Below, piece by piece: positions 63,093 through 64,000 of a DNA stretch of 64,000 bases. This DNA comes from Andalucia godoyi And28. Lineage: Eukaryota; Protista; Jakobida. The stretch is from assembly GCA_009859145.1 (NCBI GenBank), contig VRVR01000032.1, positions 202,795-266,794 on the forward strand, given 5' to 3'. The position numbers and the translations under genes are program-made. Position 1 is the first letter of the stretch; every line of letters starts with the position of its first letter. The notes below the pieces were generated by a model. That model was not told the DNA's origin. It was given only the letters and a program-made list of their open reading frames with translations, and searched no databases.

Positions 63093-64000
63093 CTACTCGT
63101 ATAACTCGGGCAGAACACTGCAAAACAGGAACTGCGCGGCGAACAGGGCGCTGACGAAGGATGCATACGGCTTCGCAACGTCCGTGCGCGACCCTGCGAA
63201 ATTCATCACCGCCTTTTGGAACAAGAAGATTGGTTTCTTGGGCTCATTTTCAATCGCCTTGGCGATTCCAACGCCTTCCATCTCGATGGCGCGCAATCTT
63301 CGAGATGCAGTGTCTCTGCGCAGCGCGTCCCAGCCTGCTTTGTTCTGGAGATCCTCCTTGACAAAGTCCACTGCACAGCCAATTGAGCCGGTCAGTGCAT
63401 TGGTCCTGATCGGGATGTCATTCGGGGAAGTGGAACTCGGCATCCTTTTGGCGGCCGCGGAAGCCGCAATGAACGTCGCTATGCCAGAAGATGGATCCTC
63501 GATCTTTGCATTCCACACGCTCACTGTGTTGGAGATCAGTGCTTGGAGATTCGCACCCGGCGCAGAATTCAGGGTGATCCTTTCAATGTCGAATTTCATG
63601 CCTTCGTGCGTCGCCTTGCCTCGTGTCACACTAAACACATCCGTTGCCACAACGACGGTCCCGAAGCCAATGTCGTTGTATCCCGGATACCCGGCACAAA
63701 CACCCGAGACAAGGACGTGCGATGGCTTGAAATGCAGCAGTAACTGGGGCACGACTACCGCAAAATGAACTGATCCTTGGACGTCGCCAAAGTTGATGTG
63801 ATGCAGCCGGTACACATCCGCATTGCCCTGACTCTTGTTTCGGAAAACGTACGTCTGGAACCTCAGAAGATGGTCGTGGTCGTCGGAGAGCTTCGTCCTG
63901 GCCTCAATGCACTCCACAGACACGCGCTTGAAATCCAAAAAGTCAGGCAAGGAAGGATCCTCCTTCCCGCAAAGAGATTCCAAGAGCTGGTTACGACTAT
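63093..64000 (-). CDS. C-terminal PNP/MTA-SAH nucleosidase-like domain of a protein that starts beyond the window
   Basis: The frame is open to base 64000. Motifs VLVSGVCAG, GTVVVATD, ALTGS, AIEMEGVGIA and FQKAVMNFA. Confidence 0.85.
   Translation of the reverse strand, partial: SRNQLLESLCGKEDPSLPDFLDFKRVSVECIEARTKLSDDHDHLLRFQTYVFRNKSQGNADVYRLHHINFGDVQGSVHFAVVVPQLLLHFKPSHVLVSGVCAGYPGYNDIGFGTVVVATDVFSVTRGKATHEGMKFDIERITLNSAPGANLQALISNTVSVWNAKIEDPSSGIATFIAASAAAKRMPSSTSPNDIPIRTNALTGSIGCAVDFVKEDLQNKAGWDALRRDTASRRLRAIEMEGVGIAKAIENEPKKPIFLFQKAVMNFAGSRTDVAKPYASFVSALFAAQFLFCSVLPELYE

Noticed and set aside
1-64000. CRISPR arrays, tRNA, rRNA, spliceosomal snRNAs and an IS607 serine recombinase
   Set aside because: I saw no repeat-spacer array, cloverleaf or diagnostic motif by eye; a cmscan or tRNAscan run would be needed to exclude them.

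Overview
This is a gene-dense, intron-poor eukaryotic window (about 52% GC, many microsatellites) with about 35 protein-coding genes. Most are housekeeping genes: eIF5B, HDAC1/RPD3, PDHA1, COQ2, uL4m, IF1, Dre2, SPX-EXS, ABHD17, PHAF1, a DCAF10-like WD40 protein, CFAP418 and a 4-exon HAUS4-like gene. The content suggests a free-living flagellated protist with aerobic mitochondria; a jakobid/discoban such as Andalucia is my guess, not something shown by the sequence. The main result is absent from the ORF track as an intact gene. Three diverged, frameshifted or internally deleted remnants of one TnpB/Fanzor2-type RNA-guided nuclease family lie in intergenic DNA at about 3.5, 19.0 and 33.3 kb. 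Each keeps the RuvC-III end (DRDW-NG-x-x-I-x-LK) followed by a conserved 80-95 nt non-coding tail with tetraloop hairpins, consistent with an omegaRNA scaffold. Other notable items: a 350-bp repeat present twice upstream of unrelated genes; a GTPase fused to a RhoGAP domain lacking its arginine finger; a ubiquitin-like domain fused to a CesT-like domain; bacterial-type AlkB and LigB enzymes; a C-terminal PNP/MTAN domain resembling immune ATP nucleosidases; and a recurrent TCCCGA promoter motif. All family assignments come from motif recognition by eye; no database search was run.
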